Shown: positions 52,545-64,000 of the stretch, piece after piece
Layout: every line of letters begins with the position of its first letter
Position numbering within the stretch: position 1 is the first letter of the stretch
Source: Geosiphon pyriformis uo1
Taxonomy: Eukaryota > Fungi > Glomeromycota
Reading direction: 5' to 3'
Length of the DNA: 64,000 nt
Assembly: GCA_016748015.1 (NCBI GenBank)
Contig: JAAOMT010000226.1
Location: 416,604-480,603, forward strand
Translations under genes and position numbers: made by a program
Notes under the pieces: generated by a model
Database searches by the model: none
What the model saw: the letters and a program-made list of their open reading frames with translations, nothing else
Told to the model about the DNA's origin: nothing

Positions 52545-53463
52545 TATTACTTATAGAAAAAGTACAAGAAAGAGAGTAGAAAAAACAGATAAAAAAATAG
52601 ATTAATAAGAAAATAGTACTTAACAAGTAAGCACAATGTCAGAAAATTATAATATATTGCTTAACAATATACACATTGTTAGTAAATTATAGCACATTAT
52701 TCAGCAATAAGCACATTATCAGAAAATCATAATATATTATTTAACAATGAGCATATTGTCAAAAAAAATAGGGCACATTGCTCAAAAAAATATGAAATTT
52801 TATATAACAAAAATTAAATATATAACTAGTAAGAATGTTAGAAACAAAAAAGAAAGAATTAATACAAACAAGATCAATAGATTTATTAATTATCTAATAC
52901 TCTTTCCTTCAAAAATAGTTTTCTACAACCTAAAATGAAATCAACCCACATTTAAATAAAATATCAATTATCACTTAAAATTGATGCTACTATTAATTGA
53001 TTAAGAAATATTAATCAATTTTATGCTATTAACATTTCATATTAATAAAATTTAATATTTAACTACACTAAACCAATAGCTCTTAATCATAATTATTGAT
53101 GGAATACCAATTTTTTATTTTATTTTTTTATTTTTGTTTATTTTTTTTATTTTATTTTGTTTTATTTTCTTTGTTGTTTACTAATTAATTAAAAAAATTA
53201 AGTACCAAGTAATTAACATTAAAAATAATTTAATAAAAGACCTGGAAATAAGAATAGAAATTTAAAAATAGCTTATTAGAAGGACATAACTGTCAAAATA
53301 AACTGGCCATTACACTAAAGAAAAAAATTCATGAAAAAAACCATCAATTAAATCTTTGTCTATTACACAAGAACTTAACTAAAACTTTTAGACTTTAAAC
53401 CTTTAGAAATTACTAATATTATTAACTATTGAGCACTAAGTTATGAGTTTGTTATTTGTAACA
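52545..53463 (+). repeat. 3' LTR of B2
   Basis: Follows the PPT and ends TTTGTAACA; has a short deletion between TTATTTGT-like repeats near the 3' end. Confidence 0.9.
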
Positions 53464-55983
53464 GCATTATTTTTTTTGACTTAACCAATGCTCCAGCTAC
53501 TTTTTAATGGCTAATGAAAATTGTTTATACTAAATTACTATGAAAACTAATAGTAATTTACTTAGATAACATCAATGTATTTTCCAAAACATCTGACAAC
53601 TGTTTCTATTATTTTTAACAAGTGTTTAAAAAATTAAAACAAGCAGAACTAAAGTTAAATACTATTAAATGTTTCTTTAGAAAAACTAAACTTAAGTTTT
53701 TAAGACATGTTGTAAGCAAAAACAGAATAAAAACAGATTCAGACAAGATTAAGATAGTTAAAAACTTTTCAGTATTAACAAATTTTACAAAATTAAGAAC
53801 ATTTTTGAGATTTGCTAAATACTATTGTTACTTTATTCAAAAAATTTTCAAATTAACTTAACCACTCTATCAGTTTTAAACAAAAAACATTAAATATAAA
53901 TGAACTGAAAACCAATAAAAAGCTTTCAATATCTTAAGAAGAAAACTTATTTAAGTTCTAGTATTAATCTATTTAAATTATAGCAAGCTATTTATTATTA
54001 TTATCAATGTATTCAATTAAGCATTAAGAACTGTATTGTCACAAAAAAAAGCCAATAGACAAAAATATCCAGTAATATATGTTAGCCAAAGTTTAAGTTC
54101 AGTTAAGAAGAACTATAGAACTTTAGCATTGGAATATTTAGCTATTTATTGAGCTGTTATCAATAAAAAAAATACTTGAATTAGAAGTTTAATGTGTACA
54201 TAGATCATAAAAGATTGACATCAATTCAAAAGCAAAAATTTGGAAACAATTACTATACAAATAAAAATAGAACTATCACTATTTAATTATATTATACATT
54301 ATAAAAAATAAAAAAAATAAAAATACTAATAGCTTATTACAAATAAAACAAATCTAAAAACATTTTAAATCCAAAAATATAACAAAAAATAAACACATAA
54401 AAATATTAACAACTCTAATATTATATTAATACTTAACAGTTTAAGAAGAAATTATCTCAAAAAAAACAAAACAACATAAAACAACAATCAAAATATTTTA
54501 TTATTTATCAAAATATACTATATTAGAAAAACAAAAAAAATCTAAACTGACCACTCAAAGTAATTACAGAACCAAAAAAAGAAACAACACTGTTTAACAT
54601 GTATTAAAATTCAACTACAAGACATTTTCATAAAGAAACAATTATAAAAAAGCCCAAAAAAAATACTATTAACCATTAATATATTTAAATATTATTCAAT
54701 ATATTCAAAATTATGATGTTTGTTAAAGAAGAAAAGAAACAAGATCCAGTAAACTACTAAAACCAATTAAAATAGGACAATTATTTGATCAAATAAGAAT
54801 TAACTTAATTAAACTATTAATAAAAACCAGCAAAAGCAATTGATATATAGCAGTAGTCATAAACTATTTCACAAAATAGCCAAAGATAAAAGCAATTTAA
54901 AAAGCAAATACAGAATTTGTAGCCGAATTTGTTTATCAAGATTTGATTTGTTAATATAAATGTCCAAAAAAATTGTTATCAAACCAAAAAGCTTACTTTA
55001 TAAACAAAATATTAACAGAATTAAGTCAAAAATTTGGAATTAAAAAACCATTATTATTATTATATTATTCACAAACAAATGGCTTAGTTAAAAAATTTAA
55101 CAGAATATTGTATAAAATAATAGCTAAAATCAACCAAAAAAACCAGGATAAATAAGATTTATTCATATTATTAATATTATTTGCTTATTAGACAATAAAG
55201 CAAGATATTACACAAACAACACTATTTGAACTAGTTTATAATAAAACAGCAATATCACCAGTTGAGATAAATATCAATACATATTCAACAAAACTAATAA
55301 CAGAAGCCAACTTCCAAAAAACATTGTTGAAAAGAACATATAACTTAATAGAAATTTTAGAAAACAAAAGATAAAAAACAGTTAATAATATATAAAAGTT
55401 ACATACAAAACAAAAAAACAACATAATAACTAGTTATCAGATTAAGTAGTCGAATTTAGAATTGGGAACAAAGTACTTTTATATCATACCAAAGAAAAAA
55501 AACAATAGTGTAAAAAATTTGATTCCAAATGAAATAGACTATTTCATATTGAAAAAATTCTAGAAAATAAAGCTTATGAATTAAGATGAAACAACAAAAT
55601 TTTAGTTAAAGCAGCACATAAAAATTAACTAAAACTATATTATAATATAGTATTATTATTCATTAGTAATATTTCACAATTAAAAGTACAATGAATACTA
55701 GTTTAACCAGATAAGATTCTACAAGATTTAGAACCAATTATAATTATTGACATAAACATGTCAAATTAATCTACAAAAATAGTATATAAAAAACCAATAC
55801 ATATAACAAATGCAAACAGAAAAATAAAAATTATTAACAATATTTACTCATTTGTACAACAATTATTACAATTTATTTAACATCAAAAATCGAGTTTAGA
55901 AATTACCATTAACAAATAAACAATCCAATATAAAGACAAAAAAACAACTCAAAAATTCCAATAATAGTTTTGTTTATCACAAT
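53464..55983 (+). mobile_element. Gypsy B1, right part (RT C-half, RNase H, integrase, start of ORF3)
   Basis: Resumes exactly at the (V)MPFGLTNAPATF motif broken at 32761; ORFs 53622..53861 and 54973..55155; cut by B4. Confidence 0.9.
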
Positions 55984-56853
55984 TGTGACAAATATATATG
56001 TTGGTAATATCTAAAGATTTTTGTGATCTGAAAGTTTTGGTAGAGTTTTTTGTATAATAAACAGAAATTCAATGATTGTTTTAGTAGCTTTCCAGAATGG
56101 TTATTTTGTTAAATTTTTTTTTCAGTATAATGACCAGTTTATTCTGGCAGTTGTGCTTTTTTAGTAAATTATTCTCAATTTCTAAATTCTATACCTTTAT
56201 TTTTGGGTCTTTTATCAGGCTATATTTGATATCAAATTATTTTATGCTTAATCCTTTTAATTAATTTAGTAAATAGCAAAGAAATAAAATAAAAAAATAA
56301 AAGAAAATAAAAAAAATTAGTATTCTGTTAATAATCATGATTAAGAGCTATTGGTTTAGTGTAGTTAAGTATTAGATTCTATTAAAATAGAGTGTTAATA
56401 AAGTGAAAATGATTAATGTTTCTTAATTAATAACAATAATATAAATTCAGGTAATAATAGATATTTTATTTATATGTAATTGAATTCTACTTTAAGTTGT
56501 AAAAAACTACTTTTTAAAGGGAGAGATATAAGATAATTAATTGATTGTGAATATTAATTTTGAGATAGATTCTTCTATTAATTTTGTTTCTAATACTCTT
56601 GCTATATATACATATTTCTTGTTTTATAAGATTTCATATTTTCTTAAGCAATATGCCCTAATTTATTAATATTGCTTATATTGTTGAACAGTGTATTACA
56701 ATTCACTAATATTGTTCACATTGCTGAGCAGTATGCCATAATTTGTTAATAATATGTCATAGTTTTTTGACATTATGCTCATGTATTAAGTATTATTCTT
56801 CTATTGGTCTATTTTTTATCTGTTTTTTTAACTTTTTTTTTGTATGAGTAATA
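55984..56853 (-). repeat. 3' LTR of B4
   Basis: Homologous to the other B LTRs; ends TGTCACA on the minus strand; PPT adjacent at ~56854-56869. Confidence 0.85.
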
Positions 56854-56869
56854 TTATCTTCTTTTTTTT

Positions 56870-57530
56870 AATATTAAGCTTTATTAAAATCTTTATTTTA
56901 AATTAAGTTTATTACTTTTCTTTCTAATATTGTTTGTTCAATTTTGTTTTTTATTTTTTTGCATTAAGAGTTGTTCATTTTTTTTTATTGGTTCACAGTT
57001 ATTATTTTCATTTCTTAGTATAGTAGTATTTCTGAATAGTTTTGGAATATGGTGTATAGTCAGTAAATTGTCTTAATATATATTCTTGAATTTGTTTTTT
57101 TCCCAATAAACTCTTTAATCTGTTATACTATTTCTTAATTAAATATTTTTTTAGATTTATTAATATATAATTCTTGGATGTTTAGCTTTTGTCCCAACTG
57201 ATAATAACAATATGTTACTAAAAGTTGTTCTATTTATAGTTTTTAATTTGCTTTGATTAGTTTCTTTGCTGGAATTATTCTTGGTATTTTTCCAAAAGTG
57301 TTTTTTACTTTCTTTATAATTTTATCTGGTTAATACTTTTTTTGATTCTGTGATCACTGATATAAAATTATTTCTGTTTTTCTTTTTTTTTGTGTTTTAA
57401 TAACAAATTGTTTGGTGGTTAATAACAACTTTTATGTCTAATTGTTGTTAATTTATGGTCTAAAATAGTTGTTGGACCATTGAGTAAATATGATTTAGGA
57501 TTTTCATCTTTTATTATTATGGTTATTATG
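56870..57530 (-). pseudogene. ORF3 of B4
   Basis: MKILNHIYSMVQQLF*TIN*QQLDIKVVINHQTI...; colinear with the B2 and B3 ORF3. Confidence 0.6.
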
Positions 57531-60500
57531 TTTATTGTATATTTATATACTATTTTTGTAGATCAATTTGACGTGTTTGTATTGATAATTATAATTGGTT
57601 CTAGATTTCATGGAATTTTATCTGGTTGAACTAATATTCATTGTATTTCCAGTTGTAAAATATTACTAATAGATAATAATACTATATTATAATATGATTT
57701 TAGTCAATCTTTATGTGCTGTTTTAATTAAGATTTTGTTGTCTCATCTTAGTTTATAAGCTCTATTTCCTAAAATTTTTTTAATATAAAATAGTTTATTC
57801 TATTTGAGATCAAATTTTAAAATTTATTGTTTTTCTATTTTGATATAATATAAGAGTATTTTGTCTCCAATCTTAAATTCAATTAATTTATCTGGTAATT
57901 AGTTATTATGTCATTTTTTTTGTTTTTTTCGTGACTTTTGAATATTATCAGCTGTTCTTTGTCTTTTGTTTTCCAAAGTTTTCATTAATTTGTATGTTCT
58001 TTTTAGCAAAGTTCTTTGAAAATTGGCTTTTGTTATTGGTTTTATTGGATATATAGTGATATTTTAACTGGTAATATTGTTGTTCTACCATAAACAAGTT
58101 CAAATAGTGTTGCTTGTATGGTATCTTGCTTTATTGTTCAATAAGCAAATAGTACTAATAATATAAACAAATTCTATTTGTTTTGGTTTTCTTGGTTAAT
58201 CTTAGTTATTGCTTTGTATAATATTCTGTTGAACTTTTCAACTAAGCTATTTGTTTGTGAGTGATATGATAATAATAATGGTCTTTTGATTCCAAATTTT
58301 TGACTCAATTCTGTTAGTGTTCTGTTTACAAAGTGACTTTTTTGATTTGACAATAATTTTTTTGGGCATTTATGTTGACAAATTAAATTCTGGTGAACAA
58401 ATTTGGCTATGAATTCTGCATTTGTTCTTTGGATTGTTTTTACTTCTGGCTATTTTGTAAAATAATTCATTACTACTGTTATATAATAATTGCTTCTGCT
58501 AATTATTATTAATGGTTCAATTAAGTTAATTCTAATTTAATTGAATAGTTGTTTCATCTTGATTAATCTTAACAGTTTACTGAATCTTGTTCCTTTTTTT
58601 TTTAACAAACATTACAATTTTGAATATATTGAATGATATCTAAATATATAGATGACCAATAATATTTTTTTCTATAGTTGTTTCTTTATAAAAATATTCT
58701 GCTGTTGAATTTGAATGTATATTGAATAGTATTGTTTTTTTCTCTGATTTTGTGATTAATCTGAGTAACTAATCTGGATATTTTCTGTTTTTCTAGTATA
58801 ATATATCTTGGTAAGTAATAAATATTTTGTTTGTTGTTTTATGTTGTTTTGTTTTTTTTAAGATAATTTTTTCTTGAACTGTTAAGTATTAATATAATGT
58901 TGGAGTTGTTGATATTTTTGTATGTGTTTATCTTTTATTATATTTTTGGGTTAAAATATTCTTAGATTTGTTTCATTTGTAACAAACTATTAGCATTTTT
59001 GTTTTTTTTTCTTTTTATAATGTATTATATAATTAAATAATAATAGTTCTATTTTCTATTTTATATAACAGTTGTTTTTAAATTTTTGCTTTTGGATTAA
59101 TTTTAATTTTTTGTAATTAGTATATATATCAAACTTTTGATTCAAGTATTTTTTTTAATAATAGCTTAATAGATAGTTAAATGTTTTAATGCTAGTGTTT
59201 CATAGTTTTTTTTAGCTAAATTTAAGCTTTTATTAACATATACTACTGGGTGTTCTCTTCTATCTGGTTTTTTTTGTGACAATACTGCTTTTAATGCTTA
59301 ACTTGATATACTAATGGTGATAATAAATGGCTTGTTGTAATCTAAATAGATTAGTACTGGTGCTTGAATAAGCTTTTTTCTCAAGATGTCAAAAGCTTTT
59401 TGTTGGATTTCTATTCATTTATATTTTATATTTTTTGCTTGGAGTTAATAAAGTGGTTAAGCCAGTTTGAAAAAATTCTGGATAAAATAGTAATAGTATT
59501 TAGCAAATTCCAAAAATACTCTTAATTCTATAAAATTTGTTGATACTAAAAAGTTTTTGACTATTTCAATTTTATCTGGATCTGTTTTAATGCTGTCTTT
59601 GTTCACAACATGTCTTAAAAATTTCAGTTTTGTTTTTTCAAAAAAACACTTTGTAGTATTCAACTTTAATCTGGCTTTTCTTAGTCTTTTAAACACTTGT
59701 TGCAAATAGTGAAAATAGTTATTGAAAGTTTTGGAAAACACATTGGTGTTATTCAAGTAGACTATTACTAATTTCCATAGTAATCTTGTGTAAACAATTT
59801 TCATAAGCCATTTGAAGATGACTGGAATATTAGTTAAGCCAAATAGCATAATATCAAATTTAAAATTCTCTTTTCTGGTTGTAAATGCTGTTTTTTCTTT
59901 GTTGGCTGAATTTATGGCTACTTGCTAGTAAATTTAATGTTGAAAACCATTTTTTTTTTAAATGCATCAAATAGTTTTTGAATTTGTGGAGTTGGATAGC
60001 TGTCTTCATGAATAATACTGTTAAACTTTCTGTAATCTACACAAAAGCAGATTTTTTTATTTTTTTTATGAACAAGTACCATTAGTAATAACCATAAACT
60101 CATGGATGGTTGAATTAATCTGTTGTCCAACATTTTGTTGATTTTTTGTCAGATGATTTTATGACTTGCTGATGGTATTCTGTATGCTTGTTGTTTAATT
60201 AGCATTGCATCTCCAGTCTTGATTTAGTGCTGGATAATATCTGCCAAATTCATTTTTACTGACAAAAATGTTAATGAAATTGTTAAGTAACATCTTGAGT
60301 TGCATACATTAAAGTAAATTTAAGTTTTCTAAGTTTATTTGTTCCAATTGTTTTGGTTGAAGCAAATAACATTTTTCTTATCCATATATTGTTTGTAATA
60401 TAATATTTACATATCTACACAGTTGTAGAAAATCTGGAATAATATTTGGTAATTGGTTTTTAACTTCAGTGCTTAAGTATTTAATAGTGGTTCCATTTGG

Positions 60501-60754
60501 TATTTTGATAGTGTTTCTTGTTGTATTATAAATAGAAATTTTAATATGTTTATAGTTCTTGGCCAGTATGTAAAAATTGGTGATTCCAATCTTCTCTGAT
60601 TCACAAATAATTGGTTTTGCTTCAAAAATCTGGGGCTGGTCCTTTATTTTTCTCTCTATTACTAATATATACTAATCATATGATGAAATAAAAACTGATC
60701 GATTGGTAAAGATAATTTCTATTTTATTAATTAGTTCTTTTGGTATGTTTATTT

Positions 60755-61150
60755 TACTCATAGATCCAAATTTATTTTTTCTTTTAGTTGTAATCCTTAA
60801 TTTTTTTTTTGTTATTAGCACTAATTAAGCTATTTTTACCAAAAATAAAAATATTGTCTGTGCTATCTTTTCATTTGATTCAATTGTGTATTTTTTTTTT
60901 GAATTATTTTGTAGCATTGCAATAATATTTTCTATATATTCTGTATCAATTATTTCTTCTTTGATGTTAATTTCTTTTTTTGCTAAATTAGATCTAAATA
61001 CTAACTGAATTATTAATGTTGTCAAAATTTTCAATGCTATTTTCAAATCTATATTGGTGTGTAAATAGAATTCTAATCTGATAACAGTTTTTTCTAAATA
61101 CTTAAAATCAAATTTTATATTAGTATTATATGCATTCTGGCATAATACTT
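60755..61150 (-). pseudogene. dut: dUTPase domain within B4 pol
   Basis: ORF 60825..61154 FRSNLAKKEINIKEEIIDTEYIENIIAMLQN...EKIAQTIF, then KFGSMS at ~60757-60774. Confidence 0.88.
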
Positions 61151-64000
61151 TCATTATTATTGCTAAACCATTTTAGTTTCTGCTCTATTAATAAATTTGG
61201 AAGCACAATATATTGTTTAGAATTGTAATTAGAGTTTAAATCATTGTTGTCATTGTCATAGTAAACAGAATTAGAACTGTTGTTGTTATTATCATCATCA
61301 AAGTTTGAATTACAATTGAATTTTAATTTTAATTTGACTGTGTACTCACCAATTGGTTTTTTCTCTTTAAAAATTGAATAAATTATTCGTAATAGTAGAT
61401 TATAGATAAGATCACAATCATTATAATACTTGAAGTTATTAGAAATTAGGCAGTGTTTATAGAGTCAAGCATTCAACTGCTCTAAATACTGCTTTTGCTT
61501 TTTTTTAGTCAGTGTTAGGTTCTGATAATGTTCATGGAATTGTTTTGAATCATTCTTAATATTATCAAAAACATTAAAAGTTAGGATGTATTTAGGTTTA
61601 GAAAGTATGAATAGATTATTTTTGATTTCTAAAATTTTACTGGTTGAAGCATTTTCTGCTTTCACATTTGCTATTCTTCAGATTTTATGTTTGTTGTATA
61701 GATAACTTTTTAATTATTTCAGCACTTGTTTTTTCTTGTTCAGAAATGTCATTCCATATTTTTTCTTTAAAAAAAATCATTCTATATGTAAGATAAGACT
61801 TGTTGTCTTATTTTCTCTGTTATTTAGGTTATCTAAAGTATTTAAGAATACATAGTTAATAGTAAAACTTGGTCATTATTGGTCATTCTTTATTGTTATC
61901 ACAACATTCACCTATTGTTAACAATTTTTTGTCACAATCAATACATATTAGCTTGGGTTGATGATAATTGGTCTGAAGTATAATAGTATATGAGGTGTAA
62001 GTAAAGATAATAGTTGGAATAAGTTTTTTTTCTTTTTTTTTTCTTTTCCCTTTTTCTTCCAGATAGGTATAAATGATAGCATGTTGTGTTTTTATTCAGC
62101 CCACAAAATTTGGTAGGTTTTTTTTTTTCTTTTCAAACTCAATTAATAACTGCTTGTTAATGGTGGTCTTAAAATAATCATAAGTGGTTAATATTCAAAT
62201 GTTCTGACTATTTTGACTCAGTTGTAATTCTTGGGTGTTTTAGTTGAATACTACATTGGTTTTGAACAGCCAGTTATTATCAACAAGAGCTTGGTATTGG
62301 ATAGCTTTTATTATCAATACTTTGATTAGTATTGTAATACTGTTGATTTTAAACAGAAAGTTATTAATCTCACCAATAGGCATTTTTGTCACTTTATTAC
62401 CAGTAATAATTCTGGTGCTAGCAGTATAATCAACTTAGTAATCTAATTAGTCTATAAATTGTTATGTAATAATACTGTTTGCTAAATTATTATTAAGAAT
62501 TAGCTTGATAGAATGACTATCAACTTTTATGTTAGTGATTATTATGGTAATTAATTTGGTGTTAAGAATAACTCTATTAAATAATGATGTTTTGTTGTGT
62601 TCTTTGAGTTCAAAAGAAAATATAATAATAAGTAATTTATCTTCAATAATAATTGCTGGTAAAATGTTGTTGGTAAATAGTTGAGTTTAATTGGGTTTCT
62701 GGTTGTTATGTTGGGCATTTTTTGGGGTAATCAGAAGACTTAAATAGTTTTAAAAATTCAGGTTTTGGGCATAGTTAGTTTTTGAATTTTGCTGTTGTAA
62801 TCCAGATTGTTGGGCTGCTAAACTGGAAATCAGTGAATGCATTACTATTGCTGATTTCCAATTTTGGCAGATTTAAGTTATTCTTAATCTTTGGCTTCTA
62901 TTAGAAAATAAGTTCTGGAGTTGGATTTGAATTTGTTAAGATTGATACATTATTTGGAACTGGAATGGTTGATAAATTACTGGTATTGAGATTTGATAAA
63001 TTGATAAATTAATAACTAATAAATTGGTTGCATTAGTAGTAAATAATACAGTTGATAATAGTATTGTTCAGGTATTTAATTATTAGTGTAGTTTGGGTTT
63101 TGAAATCTGCAATCAGAGTTTTAATATTGATTTATCAATCATTGATTATTCAATTTTAGGTGATAATTTATTCTTAAGTGCCTTTATTTACTACAATAGT
63201 GGCAATTATATATCTCTTATTGCCATTGTTGATTAGTCAATAATAATGGTATTGAATATGACTGATTCTGAAACTGATTTAAATTTCCTTGATTCTTATG
63301 ACATTGTAAAGATTAATAAATTGCCTGATTGTTAGTTAAGTATTTCTCAATTTTTTGATTAATGGCTTTGCCAAATTGTTTCAATTTGGTATTCAATTTA
63401 GATAATCTATTCATTACTAAATTAATGGCTTAGACATAGTTGGCTTTAAATTTGGCCAATTCAAAATCTTGGACATATGTGACTGCATCTTAGAATGTTT
63501 GTAAGTACAATAGGCATATGTATTATAGAAAGCTACTATACAGACTGTAAATAAATTGATTCAAAATTTGTGGTGCTGTGAAATAATTAGTGTTAATAGC
63601 TTAAATTTGGCACAAATTTTTATAAAAACATCTTAAGTAAGTAGTAACTGCTTTTATATCACTTTGTTTGATGATAGTAAATGTTATTATCAAGCAATTA
63701 ATACTATTATTATTGCTAAAATATCTCAAAAATTCAATTTTGAATTTATTGAAGTTTTGGGGTTTTTGAATCAAACTTTGATACTATAAGTTGGCAATAT
63801 TTTGAAAAAAATATGAGATAGCTTGAAAAACTCTAGCATTATCTCAATTATTAATAGTAATAACTTTAGTAATGTTATTTAACCAAACTTGGACATTGTC
63901 TTTCTCGCTATTGAATTTTTCTAATTTAGTGATTGGTACATATGTCATTAGTGCTATAATTGGTTGTTGTTGTAATTATAGTTGAAATGATTGTTGTAAT

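Larger units (their letters stand above)
32762..53463 (+). mobile_element. Gypsy family B copy B2, full length, inserted in the B1 RT and itself interrupted by a solo LTR and by B3
   Basis: LTRs 32762-33580 and 52545-53463; TSD ATGT/GCAT; PBS TTTGGTGCTTCTTG at 33581; A-rich PPT before 52545; gag-PR-Cys-rich-dUTPase-RT-RH-IN-ORF3. Confidence 0.93.
55984..64000 (-). mobile_element. Gypsy family B copy B4 (antisense, inserted in B1 ORF3); 5' part beyond window edge
   Basis: 3' LTR 55984-56853; ORF3; IN; RH; RT ORFs 59457..59849 and 59918..60133; dUTPase 60825..61154; protease ~62170-62560; gag to the edge. Confidence 0.92.

Noticed and set aside
55440-55770. Chromodomain at the integrase C-terminus
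   Set aside because: Only a GPF/Y-type module (KVLL...KFD.KW..PF.I..IL.N.AY.L) and a short tail are visible.

Overview
No intact host gene was found. This very AT-rich, almost CpG-free window is a nested stack of decayed eukaryotic transposable elements. The protein families resemble those I recall from Glomeromycotina fungi (Geosiphon-like), which is an unverified inference. Left to right: (1) an ORF1-only non-LTR element split by an antisense full-length LINE (APE-RT-RNase H); (2) a second LINE split by a full-length Ty3/gypsy element (family A, 9692-17391); (3) two more ORF1-only copies, LTR fragments, an Academ/DUF6589-like transposase fragment and a pogo/Tigger-like DNA transposon; (4) from 29.6 kb to the end, four nested copies of a second Ty3/gypsy family (B) plus a solo LTR of a third family. 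Most unusual: a HAL1-like ORF1-only retroelement sharing its 3' tail with the autonomous LINEs; family B pol carrying a Cys-rich module and a dUTPase between protease and RT; an extra ORF in the env position of both gypsy families; 4-bp TSDs that reconstruct to N-CG-N; a TAATG stop-start ORF1/ORF2 junction; and RIP-like C>T/G>A hypermutation that destroys codons but largely preserves frames. All alignments and translations were done by eye. LTR/TSD boundaries are exact to a few bp; other boundaries are approximate.
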